NCBI RefSeq assembly: GCF_058153355.1
Contig: NZ_CM177019.1
Length of the DNA: 64,000 nucleotides
Strand: one strand, 5' to 3'
This document shows, one piece after another, positions 13,503 through 23,750 of this stretch. The translations under genes and the position numbers were made by a program. The notes below the pieces were generated by a model. The model was not told the origin of the DNA and ran no database searches. It saw only the letters and a list, made by a program, of their open reading frames with translations. The stretch's first letter is position 1. Every line of letters begins with the position of its first letter.

Positions 13503-13539
13503 GTAGGCAGGATAAGGCGTTCACGCCGCATCCGGCATG
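13503..13539. repeat. REP element downstream of the IS
   Basis: GTAGGCAGGATAAGGCGTTCACGCCGCATCCGGCATG. Confidence 0.5.
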
Positions 13540-13783
13540 AACAAATCGCACTTTGTCAGCAATTTGGCCCCCGTAAAATATAACCATTTAATAAAACCCG
13601 CTAAAAATTATCGATTCATCAATAAATACATCCTCACACCAGACCTTTTTTCACCAATCGACAATCACCATTACGTTTTTTATTCCCCCCCTGCCAAATC
13701 GCTTGCGCACAGTGCTGCTTTGCGGCATTTTTTTAAACAAGCAAACACAACAAGCAACAAATACCAGGTTAACGGAGAAGGTT

Positions 13784-15448
13784 ATGTGTTCAATTTTTGG
13801 CGTATTCGATATCAAAACAGACGCAGTTGAGCTGCGTAAGAAAGCACTCGAGCTGTCACGCCTGATGCGTCATCGTGGCCCGGACTGGTCCGGTATTTAT
13901 GCCAGCGATAACGCCATTCTCGCCCACGAACGTCTGTCCATTGTTGACGTTAACGCGGGGGCGCAACCTCTCTACAACCAACAAAAAACGCATGTGCTGG
14001 CGGTAAACGGTGAAATCTACAACCACCAGGCATTGCGCGCTGAATATGGCGATCGTTACCAGTTCCAGACCGGGTCTGACTGTGAAGTGATCCTCGCGCT
14101 GTATCAGGAAAAAGGGCCGGAATTTCTCGACGATTTGCAGGGCATGTTCGCTTTTGCCCTGTACGACAGCGAAAAAGATGCGTATCTGATTGGTCGCGAC
14201 CATCTGGGGATCATCCCACTGTATATGGGCTATGACGAACATGGTCAGCTGTATGTGGCCTCAGAAATGAAAGCCCTGGTGCCGGTATGCCGCACGATTA
14301 AAGAGTTCCCGGCGGGGAGCTATTTGTGGAGTCAGGACGGCGAAATCCGTTCTTATTATCACCGCGACTGGTTCGACTACGATGCGGTGAAAGATAACGT
14401 GACCGACAAAAACGAGCTGCGTCAGGCGCTGGAAGATTCCGTTAAAAGCCATCTGATGTCTGACGTGCCTTACGGTGTGCTGCTTTCTGGTGGTCTGGAT
14501 TCCTCAATTATTTCCGCGATCACCAAGAAATACGCCGCCCGTCGCGTGGAAGATCAGGAACGCTCTGAAGCCTGGTGGCCGCAGCTGCACTCCTTTGCTG
14601 TAGGTCTGCCGGGTTCACCGGATCTGAAGGCAGCCCAGGAAGTGGCAAACCATCTGGGCACTGTGCATCATGAAATTCACTTCACTGTACAGGAAGGTCT
14701 GGATGCCATCCGCGATGTTATTTACCACATCGAAACCTATGACGTGACGACTATCCGCGCTTCAACGCCGATGTATTTAATGTCGCGTAAGATCAAGGCG
14801 ATGGGCATTAAAATGGTGCTGTCCGGTGAAGGTTCTGATGAAGTGTTTGGCGGTTATCTCTACTTCCACAAAGCACCAAACGCCAAAGAGCTACATGAAG
14901 AGACGGTGCGTAAACTGCTGGCCCTGCATATGTATGATTGCGCGCGTGCCAACAAAGCGATGTCAGCCTGGGGCGTGGAAGCGCGCGTTCCGTTCCTCGA
15001 CAAGAAATTCCTCGACGTGGCAATGCGTATTAACCCACAGGATAAAATGTGCGGTAACGGCAAAATGGAAAAACACATCCTGCGTGAATGTTTTGAAGCG
15101 TATCTGCCTGCAAGCGTGGCCTGGCGGCAGAAAGAGCAGTTTTCCGATGGCGTCGGTTACAGTTGGATAGACACTCTGAAAGAAGTGGCGGCGCAGCAGG
15201 TTTCTGATCAACAACTGGAAACTGCCCGTTTCCGCTTCCCGTACAACACGCCGACCTCAAAAGAAGCGTATCTGTACCGGGAGATCTTTGAAGAACTGTT
15301 CCCGCTACCGAGCGCCGCTGAGTGTGTACCGGGCGGCCCGTCCGTCGCGTGTTCTTCCGCTAAAGCGATTGAATGGGATGAGGCGTTCAAGAAAATGGAC
15401 GATCCGTCTGGTCGTGCGGTTGGCGTTCACCAGTCGGCCTATAAGTAA
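13784..15448 (+). CDS. asnB: Asparagine synthetase B, glutamine-hydrolysing (554 aa)
   Basis: ATG at 13784 after AACGGAGAAGG gives MCSIFGVFDIKTDAVELRKK... (N-terminal Cys nucleophile); correct length. Confidence 0.96.
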   Translation: MCSIFGVFDIKTDAVELRKKALELSRLMRHRGPDWSGIYASDNAILAHERLSIVDVNAGAQPLYNQQKTHVLAVNGEIYNHQALRAEYGDRYQFQTGSDCEVILALYQEKGPEFLDDLQGMFAFALYDSEKDAYLIGRDHLGIIPLYMGYDEHGQLYVASEMKALVPVCRTIKEFPAGSYLWSQDGEIRSYYHRDWFDYDAVKDNVTDKNELRQALEDSVKSHLMSDVPYGVLLSGGLDSSIISAITKKYAARRVEDQERSEAWWPQLHSFAVGLPGSPDLKAAQEVANHLGTVHHEIHFTVQEGLDAIRDVIYHIETYDVTTIRASTPMYLMSRKIKAMGIKMVLSGEGSDEVFGGYLYFHKAPNAKELHEETVRKLLALHMYDCARANKAMSAWGVEARVPFLDKKFLDVAMRINPQDKMCGNGKMEKHILRECFEAYLPASVAWRQKEQFSDGVGYSWIDTLKEVAAQQVSDQQLETARFRFPYNTPTSKEAYLYREIFEELFPLPSAAECVPGGPSVACSSAKAIEWDEAFKKMDDPSGRAVGVHQSAYK

Positions 15449-15462
15449 GAAAGGCGGTACTG

Positions 15463-15490
15463 CCCCGGAGAAATCCGGGGCTGTTTCAGT
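15463..15490 (+). terminator. Candidate terminator downstream of asnB
   Basis: CCCCGGAGAAATCCGGGG hairpin followed by CTGTTTCAGTT (weak T-tract). Confidence 0.45.
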
Positions 15491-15759
15491 TATTGAGCTG
15501 CTTGTTGATTCTCATATGCAGTAAGGAAATGTTCCGGGTTTGCCACATCACTGTTTGACAACTCATCACTGTAGGCCAGTACTTCATAGATTAATTTCCT
15601 ACCACTATTGTTGAATTCCGAATTTCATCCTGTATGACAAAAGAATGGCTGTAGGGTGGGGAAAAAACACAAAGTAAACAATAATTGACGAATATAGCGC
15701 CACGCTGTTCGCAACCTAACCAAACAGTCACTTTCGAGCAATTTTCCTTGAAAAAGAGG

Positions 15760-15788
15760 TTGACGCTGCAAGGCTCTATACGCATAAT
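15760..15788 (+). promoter_or_regulatory. Sigma-70 promoter of the seven-tRNA operon
   Basis: TTGACG (15760-15765), 17-bp spacer, CATAAT (15783-15788), then GC-rich discriminator GCGCCCCGC; AT-rich UP-like stretch upstream. Confidence 0.5.
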
Positions 15789-15827
15789 GCGCCCCGCAAC
15801 GCCGATAAGGTATCGCGAAAAAAAGAT

Positions 15828-15904
15828 GGCTACGTAGCTCAGTTGGTTAGAGCACATCACTCATAATGATGGGGTCACAGGTTCGAATCCCGTCGTAGCC
15901 ACCA
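15828..15904 (+). tRNA. metT: tRNA-Met (elongator, anticodon CAU)
   Basis: GGCTACGTAGCTCAGTTGGTTAGAGCACATCACTCATAATGATGGGG...GTAGCCACCA; CAT in anticodon loop, CCA end. Confidence 0.95.
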
Positions 15905-15912
15905 TCTTTTTT

Positions 15913-15997
15913 GCGGGAGTGGCGAAATTGGTAGACGCACCAGATTTAGGTTCTGGCGCCGCAAGGTGTGCGAGTTCAAGTCTCGCCTCCCGCACCA
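15913..15997 (+). tRNA. leuW: tRNA-Leu (anticodon UAG)
   Basis: GCGGGAGTGGCGAAATTGGTAGACGCACCAGATTTAGGTTCTGG...CCCGCACCA; long variable arm. Confidence 0.95.
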
Positions 15998-16020
15998 TTC
16001 ACCAGAAAGCGTTGTACGGA

Positions 16021-16095
16021 TGGGGTATCGCCAAGCGGTAAGGCACCGGTTTTTGATACCGGCATTCCCTGGTTCGAATCCAGGTACCCCAGCCA
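16021..16095 (+). tRNA. glnU: tRNA-Gln (anticodon UUG)
   Basis: TGGGGTATCGCCAAGCGGTAAGGCACCGGTTTTTGATACCGG...CCCCAGCCA. Confidence 0.95.
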
Positions 16096-16129
16096 TCTTC
16101 TTCGAATAAGCGGTTCACCGCCCGGTTAT

Positions 16130-16204
16130 TGGGGTATCGCCAAGCGGTAAGGCACCGGTTTTTGATACCGGCATTCCCTGGTTCGAATCCAGGTACCCCA
16201 GCCA
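16130..16204 (+). tRNA. glnW: tRNA-Gln (anticodon UUG), second copy
   Basis: Identical to the preceding tRNA-Gln(UUG). Confidence 0.95.
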
Positions 16205-16219
16205 TCGAAGAAACAATCT

Positions 16220-16296
16220 GGCTACGTAGCTCAGTTGGTTAGAGCACATCACTCATAATGATGGGGTCACAGGTTCGAATCCCGTCGTAGCCACCA
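16220..16296 (+). tRNA. metU: tRNA-Met (elongator, anticodon CAU), second copy
   Basis: Identical to the copy at 15828-15904. Confidence 0.95.
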
Positions 16297-16344
16297 AATT
16301 CTGAATGTGTCGAATGCGTTCGGCAAATTCACAAACCAATTTGT

Positions 16345-16419
16345 TGGGGTATCGCCAAGCGGTAAGGCACCGGATTCTGATTCCGGCATTCCGAGGTTCG
16401 AATCCTCGTACCCCAGCCA
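16345..16419 (+). tRNA. glnV: tRNA-Gln (anticodon CUG)
   Basis: TGGGGTATCGCCAAGCGGTAAGGCACCGGATTCTGATTCCGG...; anticodon is wild-type CUG, not the CUA of supE. Confidence 0.95.
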
Positions 16420-16456
16420 ATTTATTCAAGACGCTTATATTGTAAGTGCACCCAGT

Positions 16457-16531
16457 TGGGGTATCGCCAAGCGGTAAGGCACCGGATTCTGATTCCGGCA
16501 TTCCGAGGTTCGAATCCTCGTACCCCAGCCA
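16457..16531 (+). tRNA. glnX: tRNA-Gln (anticodon CUG), second copy
   Basis: Identical to the copy at 16345-16419. Confidence 0.95.
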
Positions 16532-16535
16532 CATT

Positions 16536-16566
16536 AAAAAAACTCGCTTCGGCGAGCTTTTTGCTT
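16536..16566 (+). terminator. Rho-independent terminator of the tRNA operon
   Basis: AAAAAAACTCGCTTCGGCGAGCTTTTTGC: hairpin plus T-run. Confidence 0.7.
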
Positions 16567-16619
16567 TTCTGCGTATATTCAATGTCGAATGCGATGTTGA
16601 CACGTCTTATTCTTCAAAG

Positions 16620-16655
16620 TCGGATGCGACGCTGATGCGTCTTATCCGACCTACA
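16620..16655. repeat. REP element
   Basis: GTCGGATGCGACGCTGATGCGTCTTATCCGACCTAC. Confidence 0.5.
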
Positions 16656-16684
16656 GTTGGCATGCATCCGTCAATGTTGTAAGG

Positions 16685-17860
16685 CTACAACCCTAACGCA
16701 TATTTCAGCGCCTGCCGTTTCAATACGCCAGCACGCTCCGCCGCCATTAACCCGAGATTACGCATAAAACGCAGTGGCGGCAGATTATTGCTGAATCCGG
16801 CATAAAACAGATCCATACCGCTTTGCATAATGAAGTTATCCGCCATACGCCGCATCTGGTAACGCTTGAGGACAGGATAACTGGCCCACGCTTCACCGTA
16901 GCTGCGGGCATTCACCAGAACGTCAATCAGCGCATCAACATCGCGATAACCGAGGTTAACCCCCTGCCCCGCCAACGGATGAATGGTGTGCGCGGCATCG
17001 CCCACCAGCGCAAGCCCTGGTTGCACATACTGCAACGCATGGCGGCGCGTCAGCGGAAACGCACCAGCGGCGAGTGGCATCACGTACCCAAGACGCGACG
17101 GGAAATGCTTCGCGATTTCCGCCTGTAACTGCGCCATATTCATATTCTGCAACTGGCGAATGCGTGCCGGAGAGTCATACCACACCAGCGATGCCCAGTT
17201 ATCAAACAGCGGCAGAAACGCACGAGGTCCATCCGGGGTAAATTGCTGCCAGGTGCTGTCGCCGGGATCGTTCTCACACTGTACGCTAATCAACATACAC
17301 GACTGTGCATACTGCCAGGCATGAACGCCAATTCCCGCCATCTGCCGCACCTGCGAATTTGCGCCGTCGGCACCAATCACCAGCTTCGCGCGGATCGTTT
17401 CACCGCCCTTCAGTTCCAGCTCCTGAAGATCATTATGGCGATGCAGCGCAATCAGCGAGCCTGGCACACGTAACGTTACTTTCGGATGCGCTTCCAGCGC
17501 CTGCCACAGCGCCTGTTGCAGGACAGTGTTTTCCACCATATAGCCAAGCAACGGCAGCTTCAATTCGGCTGCATCAAACACCACATGCGCCGTTTCCCAC
17601 TCCCACGTTTCCAGTCTGCGATAAGGATGGCAACGCATGGCCTGTACCGCGTCCCAGACGCCTAAACCTTTAAGCAATGATACCGAAGCCGCACTAATCG
17701 CCGAGATCCGCACGTCAGGCTGGCTGTCAGCGACAAACGGTGCAGGTTGGGCATGTTCGATAACCGTTACCGAAAATCCGTGCTGAGCCAGTCCCAGCGC
17801 CAGTGCGCCGCCGACCATTCCTCCGCCGACAATGGCAATTTCCGTTGGTTGATTTGTCAT
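16685..17860 (-). CDS. ubiF: UbiF, ubiquinone-biosynthesis FAD-dependent hydroxylase (391 aa)
   Basis: MTNQPTEIAIVGGGMVGGALALGL... (FAD-binding GxGxxG); ATG at 17860 with AGGA RBS (ORF track uses upstream TTG). Confidence 0.93.
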   Translation of the reverse strand: MTNQPTEIAIVGGGMVGGALALGLAQHGFSVTVIEHAQPAPFVADSQPDVRISAISAASVSLLKGLGVWDAVQAMRCHPYRRLETWEWETAHVVFDAAELKLPLLGYMVENTVLQQALWQALEAHPKVTLRVPGSLIALHRHNDLQELELKGGETIRAKLVIGADGANSQVRQMAGIGVHAWQYAQSCMLISVQCENDPGDSTWQQFTPDGPRAFLPLFDNWASLVWYDSPARIRQLQNMNMAQLQAEIAKHFPSRLGYVMPLAAGAFPLTRRHALQYVQPGLALVGDAAHTIHPLAGQGVNLGYRDVDALIDVLVNARSYGEAWASYPVLKRYQMRRMADNFIMQSGMDLFYAGFSNNLPPLRFMRNLGLMAAERAGVLKRQALKYALGL

Positions 17861-18005
17861 GGTCAATCATCCTGTTAGCAATATGCTTTAAGTTTACAGG
17901 ATTTTTACCCCCAAGGGCTGATAACGCTCATACTGGTCACAACGGCAGCAAAGCATTACACTATGCGCCCTGCATTCCTGGCTACTATTTCGCAAGAGCA
18001 AGTCG

Positions 18006-19430
18006 ATGACCAAAAAACTCCATATTAAAACCTGGGGCTGTCAGATGAATGAGTACGATTCATCGAAGATGGCCGATCTGCTGGATGCCACCCACGGCTA
18101 TCAACTGACCGACGTGGCGGAAGAAGCGGATGTGCTGCTGCTGAACACCTGCTCAATCCGCGAGAAGGCTCAGGAAAAAGTCTTCCATCAGTTGGGTCGC
18201 TGGAAACTGTTAAAAGAGAAGAATCCAGACCTGATTATCGGCGTCGGCGGCTGCGTGGCATCGCAAGAAGGCGAGCACATTCGCCAGCGCGCCCACTATG
18301 TTGATATTATTTTTGGGCCGCAAACGCTGCACCGTCTGCCGGAGATGATCAACTCCGTGCGCGGCGATCGCAGCCCGGTTGTAGATATCAGCTTCCCGGA
18401 AATCGAGAAGTTTGACCGTCTGCCGGAACCGCGTGCCGAAGGACCAACCGCGTTTGTCTCCATCATGGAAGGCTGCAATAAATATTGCACCTACTGTGTG
18501 GTGCCTTACACCCGTGGTGAAGAGGTAAGCCGTCCTTCCGACGATATTCTGTTTGAGATTGCCCAGCTTGCGGCTCAGGGCGTGCGTGAAGTCAACCTGC
18601 TCGGTCAGAACGTGAACGCCTGGCGTGGTGAGAACTACGACGGCACCACCGGATCGTTTGCCGATCTGCTGCGTCTGGTTGCGGCGATCGACGGGATCGA
18701 TCGTATTCGCTTTACCACCAGCCATCCGATCGAATTCACCGACGATATAATCGAGGTGTACCGCGACACGCCGGAGCTGGTGAGCTTCCTGCATCTGCCG
18801 GTTCAGAGCGGTTCCGATCGCATTCTAAACCTGATGGGACGTACCCACACGGCGCTGGAGTACAAAGCGATCATCCGTAAATTGCGTGCGGCGCGTCCTG
18901 ATATTCAGATCAGTTCTGACTTCATTGTCGGCTTCCCGGGCGAAACCACCGAAGACTTCGAAAAAACGATGAAGCTGATTGCCGACGTCAATTTCGACAT
19001 GAGCTACAGCTTTATCTTCTCCGCTCGTCCAGGAACGCCTGCCGCCGATATGGTTGATGATGTTCCGGAAGAAGAGAAGAAGCAGCGTCTGTATATTCTG
19101 CAAGAGCGCATTAATCAGCAAGCGATGGCATGGAGCCGCCGTATGCTCGGCACCACCCAGCGTATTCTGGTAGAAGGTACATCGCGTAAGAGCATCATGG
19201 AGCTTTCCGGTCGTACTGAAAATAACCGCGTGGTCAACTTCGAAGGTACGCCGGATATGATCGGTAAATTCGTCGATGTAGAAATTACCGACGTCTACCC
19301 GAACTCTCTGCGCGGTAAAGTGGTGCGTACTGAAGATGAAATGGGTCTGCGCGTGGCAGAAACACCGGAATCGGTGATTGCCCGTACCCGCAAAGAAAAT
19401 GACCTGGGCGTGGGTTATTATCAGCCGTAA
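18006..19430 (+). CDS. miaB: tRNA-i6A37 methylthiotransferase MiaB (474 aa)
   Basis: Radical-SAM CxxxCxxC ([11 protein letters not shown]) and N-terminal MTTase cysteines; correct length. Confidence 0.97.
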
Positions 19431-19434
19431 TTCT

Positions 19435-19467
19435 CAGGCCCGCCGTTCCGGTGGGCCTTGTTTTTTC
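19435..19467 (+). terminator. Candidate terminator/attenuator after miaB
   Basis: AGGCCCGCCGTTCCGGTGGGCCT hairpin followed by TGTTTTTTCT. Confidence 0.5.
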
Positions 19468-19582
19468 TCTCTTTATCCCCATCTTTATCGCAATGCTTGC
19501 GCCTTTTTCCTGTGGCGTGAATAATTTCCTTATAGGCCGGTGAATGTTCAGCTTCCGGCGGCATACAGATAAGAGGAACGGT

Positions 19583-20623
19583 TTGAACATAGACACTCGC
19601 GAAATCACTCTGGAGCCAGCAAACAACGCACGTCTGTTGAGCCTGTGCGGCCCGTTTGATGACAACATCAAACAACTCGAACGCCGTCTCGGCATCGAAA
19701 TCAATCGCCGCGATAACCACTTTAAACTGACCGGCCGTCCGATTTGCGTCACCGCTGCGGCAGACATTCTGCGTAGCCTGTATGTCGATACTGCCCCGAT
19801 GCGCGGTCAGATTCAGGATATCGAGCCGGAACAGATCCACCTGGCGATTAAAGAAGCGCGCGTGCTGGAACAAAGTGCGGAGAGCGTGCCGGAGTATGGC
19901 AAAGCGGTCAATATCAAGACCAAACGAGGTGTAATTAAACCGCGCACGCCAAACCAGGCGCAGTACATCGCCAATATTCTCGACCATGATATTACCTTCG
20001 GCGTTGGCCCGGCGGGTACGGGTAAAACCTACCTGGCAGTGGCTGCGGCAGTTGATGCCCTGGAGCGTCAGGAAATTCGCCGTATTCTGCTGACTCGTCC
20101 GGCGGTAGAAGCCGGTGAGAAACTGGGCTTCCTGCCTGGCGATTTAAGCCAGAAAGTGGACCCGTATCTGCGCCCGCTGTATGACGCGCTGTTTGAAATG
20201 TTGGGCTTTGAGAAAGTCGAGAAGCTGATTGAGCGCAACGTTATTGAAGTCGCGCCACTGGCCTATATGCGTGGTCGTACGCTGAACGACGCGTTTATCA
20301 TTCTTGATGAGAGCCAGAACACCACCATCGAACAGATGAAGATGTTCCTGACTCGTATCGGTTTTAACTCAAAAGCGGTTATTACCGGCGATGTCACGCA
20401 GATCGACTTACCGCGTAATACTAAATCAGGTTTACGTCACGCTATCGAAGTGTTAGCCGATGTCGAAGAGATCAGCTTTAACTTCTTCCACAGCGAAGAC
20501 GTGGTTCGTCACCCGGTGGTAGCGCGTATCGTTAACGCTTATGAAGCCTGGGAAGAAGCCGAACAAAAACGAAAAGCGGCGCTGGCAGCAGAACGCAAGC
20601 GCGAAGAACAGGAACAAAAATGA
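19583..20623 (+). CDS. ybeZ: PhoH-like ATPase YbeZ (346 aa)
   Basis: Walker A GPAGTGKT; TTG start at 19583 after AAGAGGAACGG gives the 346-aa form; ORF track extends to 19544. Confidence 0.9.
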
Positions 20624-21087
20624 GTCAGGTGATCCTCGATTTACAACTGGCATGTGAAGATAATTCCGGGTTACCGGAAGAGAGCCAGTTTCAGACATGG
20701 CTGAATGCGGTGATCCCGCAGTTTCAGGAAGAATCGGAAGTGACGATTCGCGTGGTCGATACCGCCGAAAGCCACAGTCTCAATCTGACCTATCGCGGTA
20801 AGGATAAGCCGACCAACGTGCTCTCCTTCCCGTTTGAAGTACCGCCTGGCATGGAGATGTCGCTGCTGGGCGATCTGGTTATCTGCCGTCAGGTCGTTGA
20901 GAAGGAAGCACAAGAGCAAGGCAAACCACTGGAAGCGCACTGGGCGCATATGGTGGTGCACGGCAGTCTGCATTTGTTAGGTTACGATCACATCGAAGAC
21001 GACGAAGCAGAAGAAATGGAAGCCCTCGAAACAGAGATTATGCTTGCTCTGGGCTATGAGGATCCGTACATTGCCGAGAAAGAATAA
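20620..21087 (+). CDS. ybeY: Endoribonuclease YbeY (155 aa)
   Basis: [14 protein letters not shown]...; [11 protein letters not shown] zinc motif; 4-bp overlap with ybeZ stop. Confidence 0.95.
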
Positions 21088-21176
21088 TTTGCCAGGCATT
21101 TGACTGGCAGACATCCCCGCCGTTGGTGATTAACGACGGCGTTTTGATTAACCAACATGAGAACCCATACGACGCC

Positions 21177-22055
21177 ATGAGCGACGACAATTCACACAGT
21201 AGTGACACGATAAGCAACAAGAAGGGATTTTTCTCCCTGTTACTCAGCCAACTTTTCCACGGTGAACCGAAAAACCGTGACGAACTGCTGGCGCTGATCC
21301 GTGATTCCGGGCAGAACGACCTTATCGACGAAGATACGCGCGATATGCTCGAAGGGGTGATGGACATCGCAGACCAACGCGTTCGCGACATCATGATCCC
21401 CCGCTCCCAGATGATTACCCTGAAACGCAACCAGACGCTGGACGAATGCCTTGATGTCATCATCGAGTCCGCCCACTCACGTTTCCCGGTGATTAGCGAA
21501 GACAAAGATCACATTGAAGGGATTCTGATGGCGAAAGACTTGCTGCCGTTTATGCGCAGCGATGCAGAAGCCTTCAGCATGGACAAAGTGTTACGTCAGG
21601 CGGTTGTCGTTCCTGAAAGTAAGCGCGTAGACCGGATGCTGAAAGAGTTTCGCTCTCAGCGTTACCACATGGCGATCGTCATTGACGAATTCGGTGGGGT
21701 TTCCGGTCTGGTGACCATTGAAGATATCCTGGAACTGATTGTTGGTGAGATTGAAGACGAGTATGACGAAGAAGATGATATCGACTTCCGTCAGCTGAGT
21801 CGTCATACCTGGACCGTGCGCGCACTGGCTTCCATCGAAGATTTCAACGAAGCCTTCGGCACCCACTTTAGCGATGAAGAAGTCGACACCATCGGAGGTC
21901 TGGTGATGCAGGCATTTGGGCATCTCCCGGCGCGTGGCGAAACCATCGACATCGACGGTTACCAGTTCAAAGTGGCGATGGCCGACAGTCGGCGTATTAT
22001 TCAGGTTCATGTCAAAATCCCGGATGACTCACCCCAGCCAAAGCTGGATGAATAA
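21177..22055 (+). CDS. corC: CorC/YbeX, CBS-domain Mg/Co efflux-associated protein (292 aa)
   Basis: [23 protein letters not shown]... from internal ATG at 21177; CBS pair plus CorC_HlyC C-terminal domain. Confidence 0.93.
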   Translation: MSDDNSHSSDTISNKKGFFSLLLSQLFHGEPKNRDELLALIRDSGQNDLIDEDTRDMLEGVMDIADQRVRDIMIPRSQMITLKRNQTLDECLDVIIESAHSRFPVISEDKDHIEGILMAKDLLPFMRSDAEAFSMDKVLRQAVVVPESKRVDRMLKEFRSQRYHMAIVIDEFGGVSGLVTIEDILELIVGEIEDEYDEEDDIDFRQLSRHTWTVRALASIEDFNEAFGTHFSDEEVDTIGGLVMQAFGHLPARGETIDIDGYQFKVAMADSRRIIQVHVKIPDDSPQPKLDE

Positions 22056-22079
22056 AACCGAAACTGGATAGATAACTAC

Positions 22080-23618
22080 ATGGCTTTTGCCTCATTAATT
22101 GAACGCCAGCGCATTCGCCTGCTGCTGGCGTTATTATTCGGTGCCTGCGGAACGCTGGCCTTCTCTCCTTACGATGTCTGGCCTGCGGCGATTATTTCGC
22201 TGATGGGACTTCAGGCGCTCACCTTTAACCGCCGTCCACTCCAGTCTGCCTCTATTGGCTTTTGCTGGGGATTTGGCCTGTTTGGCAGCGGTATTAACTG
22301 GGTCTATGTCAGCATCGCGACCTTTGGCGGAATGCCTGGCCCGGTTAACATCTTCCTGGTGGTGCTGCTGGCGGCGTATTTGTCGCTGTATACCGGACTG
22401 TTTGCTGGCGTGCTGTCGCGTCTGTGGCCGAAAACCACCTGGCTGCGCGTGGCGATTGCCGCCCCTGCTCTCTGGCAAGTGACCGAGTTTCTGCGCGGTT
22501 GGGTGCTGACTGGCTTCCCGTGGTTGCAGTTCGGCTATAGCCAGATTGACGGTCCGTTAAAAGGACTGGCACCGATAATGGGCGTGGAAGCCATTAACTT
22601 CCTGCTGATGATGGTAAGCGGCCTGCTGGCACTGGCGTTGGTCAAACGCAACTGGCGTCCGCTGGTGGTGGCCGTCGTGCTGTTTGCCCTTCCCTTCCCG
22701 CTACGTTACATCCAGTGGTTTACCCCGCAACCGGAGAAAACCATTCAGGTTTCGATGGTTCAGGGCGACATTCCGCAATCGCTGAAGTGGGATGAAGGCC
22801 AGCTTCTCAATACGCTGAAGATTTACTACAACGCAACGGCACCGCTGATGGGCAAGTCATCGCTGATTATCTGGCCTGAATCGGCGATAACCGACCTGGA
22901 AATTAATCAGCAGCCGTTCCTCAAAGCACTGGACGGTGAGTTGCGTGATAAAGGTAGCTCGCTGGTCACCGGGATTGTCGACGCGCGTCTCAATAAGCAG
23001 AATCGCTACGATACCTACAACACCATCATCACGCTGGGTAAAGGTGCACCGTATAGCTACGAATCAGCCGATCGCTATAACAAAAACCATCTGGTACCGT
23101 TTGGCGAGTTTGTCCCGCTGGAGTCGATTCTGCGTCCGTTAGCACCGTTCTTTGATCTGCCGATGTCGTCATTCAGCCGTGGACCATATATCCAACCACC
23201 GCTGTCGGTAAATGGTATTGAGCTTACTGCGGCTATTTGCTACGAGATCATTCTCGGCGAGCAAGTGCGCGATAACTTCCGCCCGGATACCGACTATCTG
23301 CTGACTATCTCCAACGATGCGTGGTTTGGTAAGTCTATTGGCCCATGGCAGCACTTTCAGATGGCGCGAATGCGTGCGCTGGAGCTGGCGCGCCCGCTGC
23401 TGCGTAGCACCAACAACGGCATTACGGCGGTGATTGGCCCGCAGGGTGAGATTCAGGCGATGATCCCGCAATTCACCCGCGAGGTGTTGACCACTAATGT
23501 GACGCCGACTACCGGACTCACACCGTACGCACGTACCGGCAACTGGCCGCTGTGGGTACTGACGGCACTGTTTGGTTTTGCCGCTGTGTTGATGAGACTG
23601 CGAGCACGTCAACGTTAA
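22080..23618 (+). CDS. lnt: Apolipoprotein N-acyltransferase Lnt (512 aa)
   Basis: Polytopic N-terminal region plus nitrilase-like domain; correct length. Confidence 0.96.
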   Translation: MAFASLIERQRIRLLLALLFGACGTLAFSPYDVWPAAIISLMGLQALTFNRRPLQSASIGFCWGFGLFGSGINWVYVSIATFGGMPGPVNIFLVVLLAAYLSLYTGLFAGVLSRLWPKTTWLRVAIAAPALWQVTEFLRGWVLTGFPWLQFGYSQIDGPLKGLAPIMGVEAINFLLMMVSGLLALALVKRNWRPLVVAVVLFALPFPLRYIQWFTPQPEKTIQVSMVQGDIPQSLKWDEGQLLNTLKIYYNATAPLMGKSSLIIWPESAITDLEINQQPFLKALDGELRDKGSSLVTGIVDARLNKQNRYDTYNTIITLGKGAPYSYESADRYNKNHLVPFGEFVPLESILRPLAPFFDLPMSSFSRGPYIQPPLSVNGIELTAAICYEIILGEQVRDNFRPDTDYLLTISNDAWFGKSIGPWQHFQMARMRALELARPLLRSTNNGITAVIGPQGEIQAMIPQFTREVLTTNVTPTTGLTPYARTGNWPLWVLTALFGFAAVLMRLRARQR

Positions 23619-23722
23619 TGTGAATGATGCACTGGCCAGCAAAATCGCATCATTTTTGCAGGCCAGATAAACTGTTCACACCACATCCGGTATCAACAAA
23701 ACGTACTTTCTCATTGAGCTGT

Positions 23723-23750
23723 GGGGCGTGATTATCATGCCCCTTTTTTT
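23723..23750. terminator. Bidirectional terminator at the convergent 3' ends of lnt and the rhomboid gene
   Basis: GGGGCGTGATTATCATGCCCC hairpin followed by TTTTTTT; overlaps the rhomboid gene stop codon. Confidence 0.6.

Noticed and set aside
13537-13830. 97-aa ORF upstream of and overlapping the asnB start
   Set aside because: Low-complexity translation in the asnB promoter/leader; the RBS-supported ATG at 13784 gives the canonical MCSIFGVF asparagine synthetase N-terminus.
16021-16531. Direct repeats that could be mistaken for a CRISPR-like array
   Set aside because: The repeats are complete tRNA-Gln and tRNA-Met genes with cloverleaf structure and CCA ends; spacers are irregular and no cas genes are nearby.
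16345-16531. Possible supE-type amber suppressor that would rescue the ybeQ TAG
   Set aside because: Both glnV/glnX-type tRNA-Gln copies have the wild-type CUG anticodon (loop UUCUGAU), not CUA.
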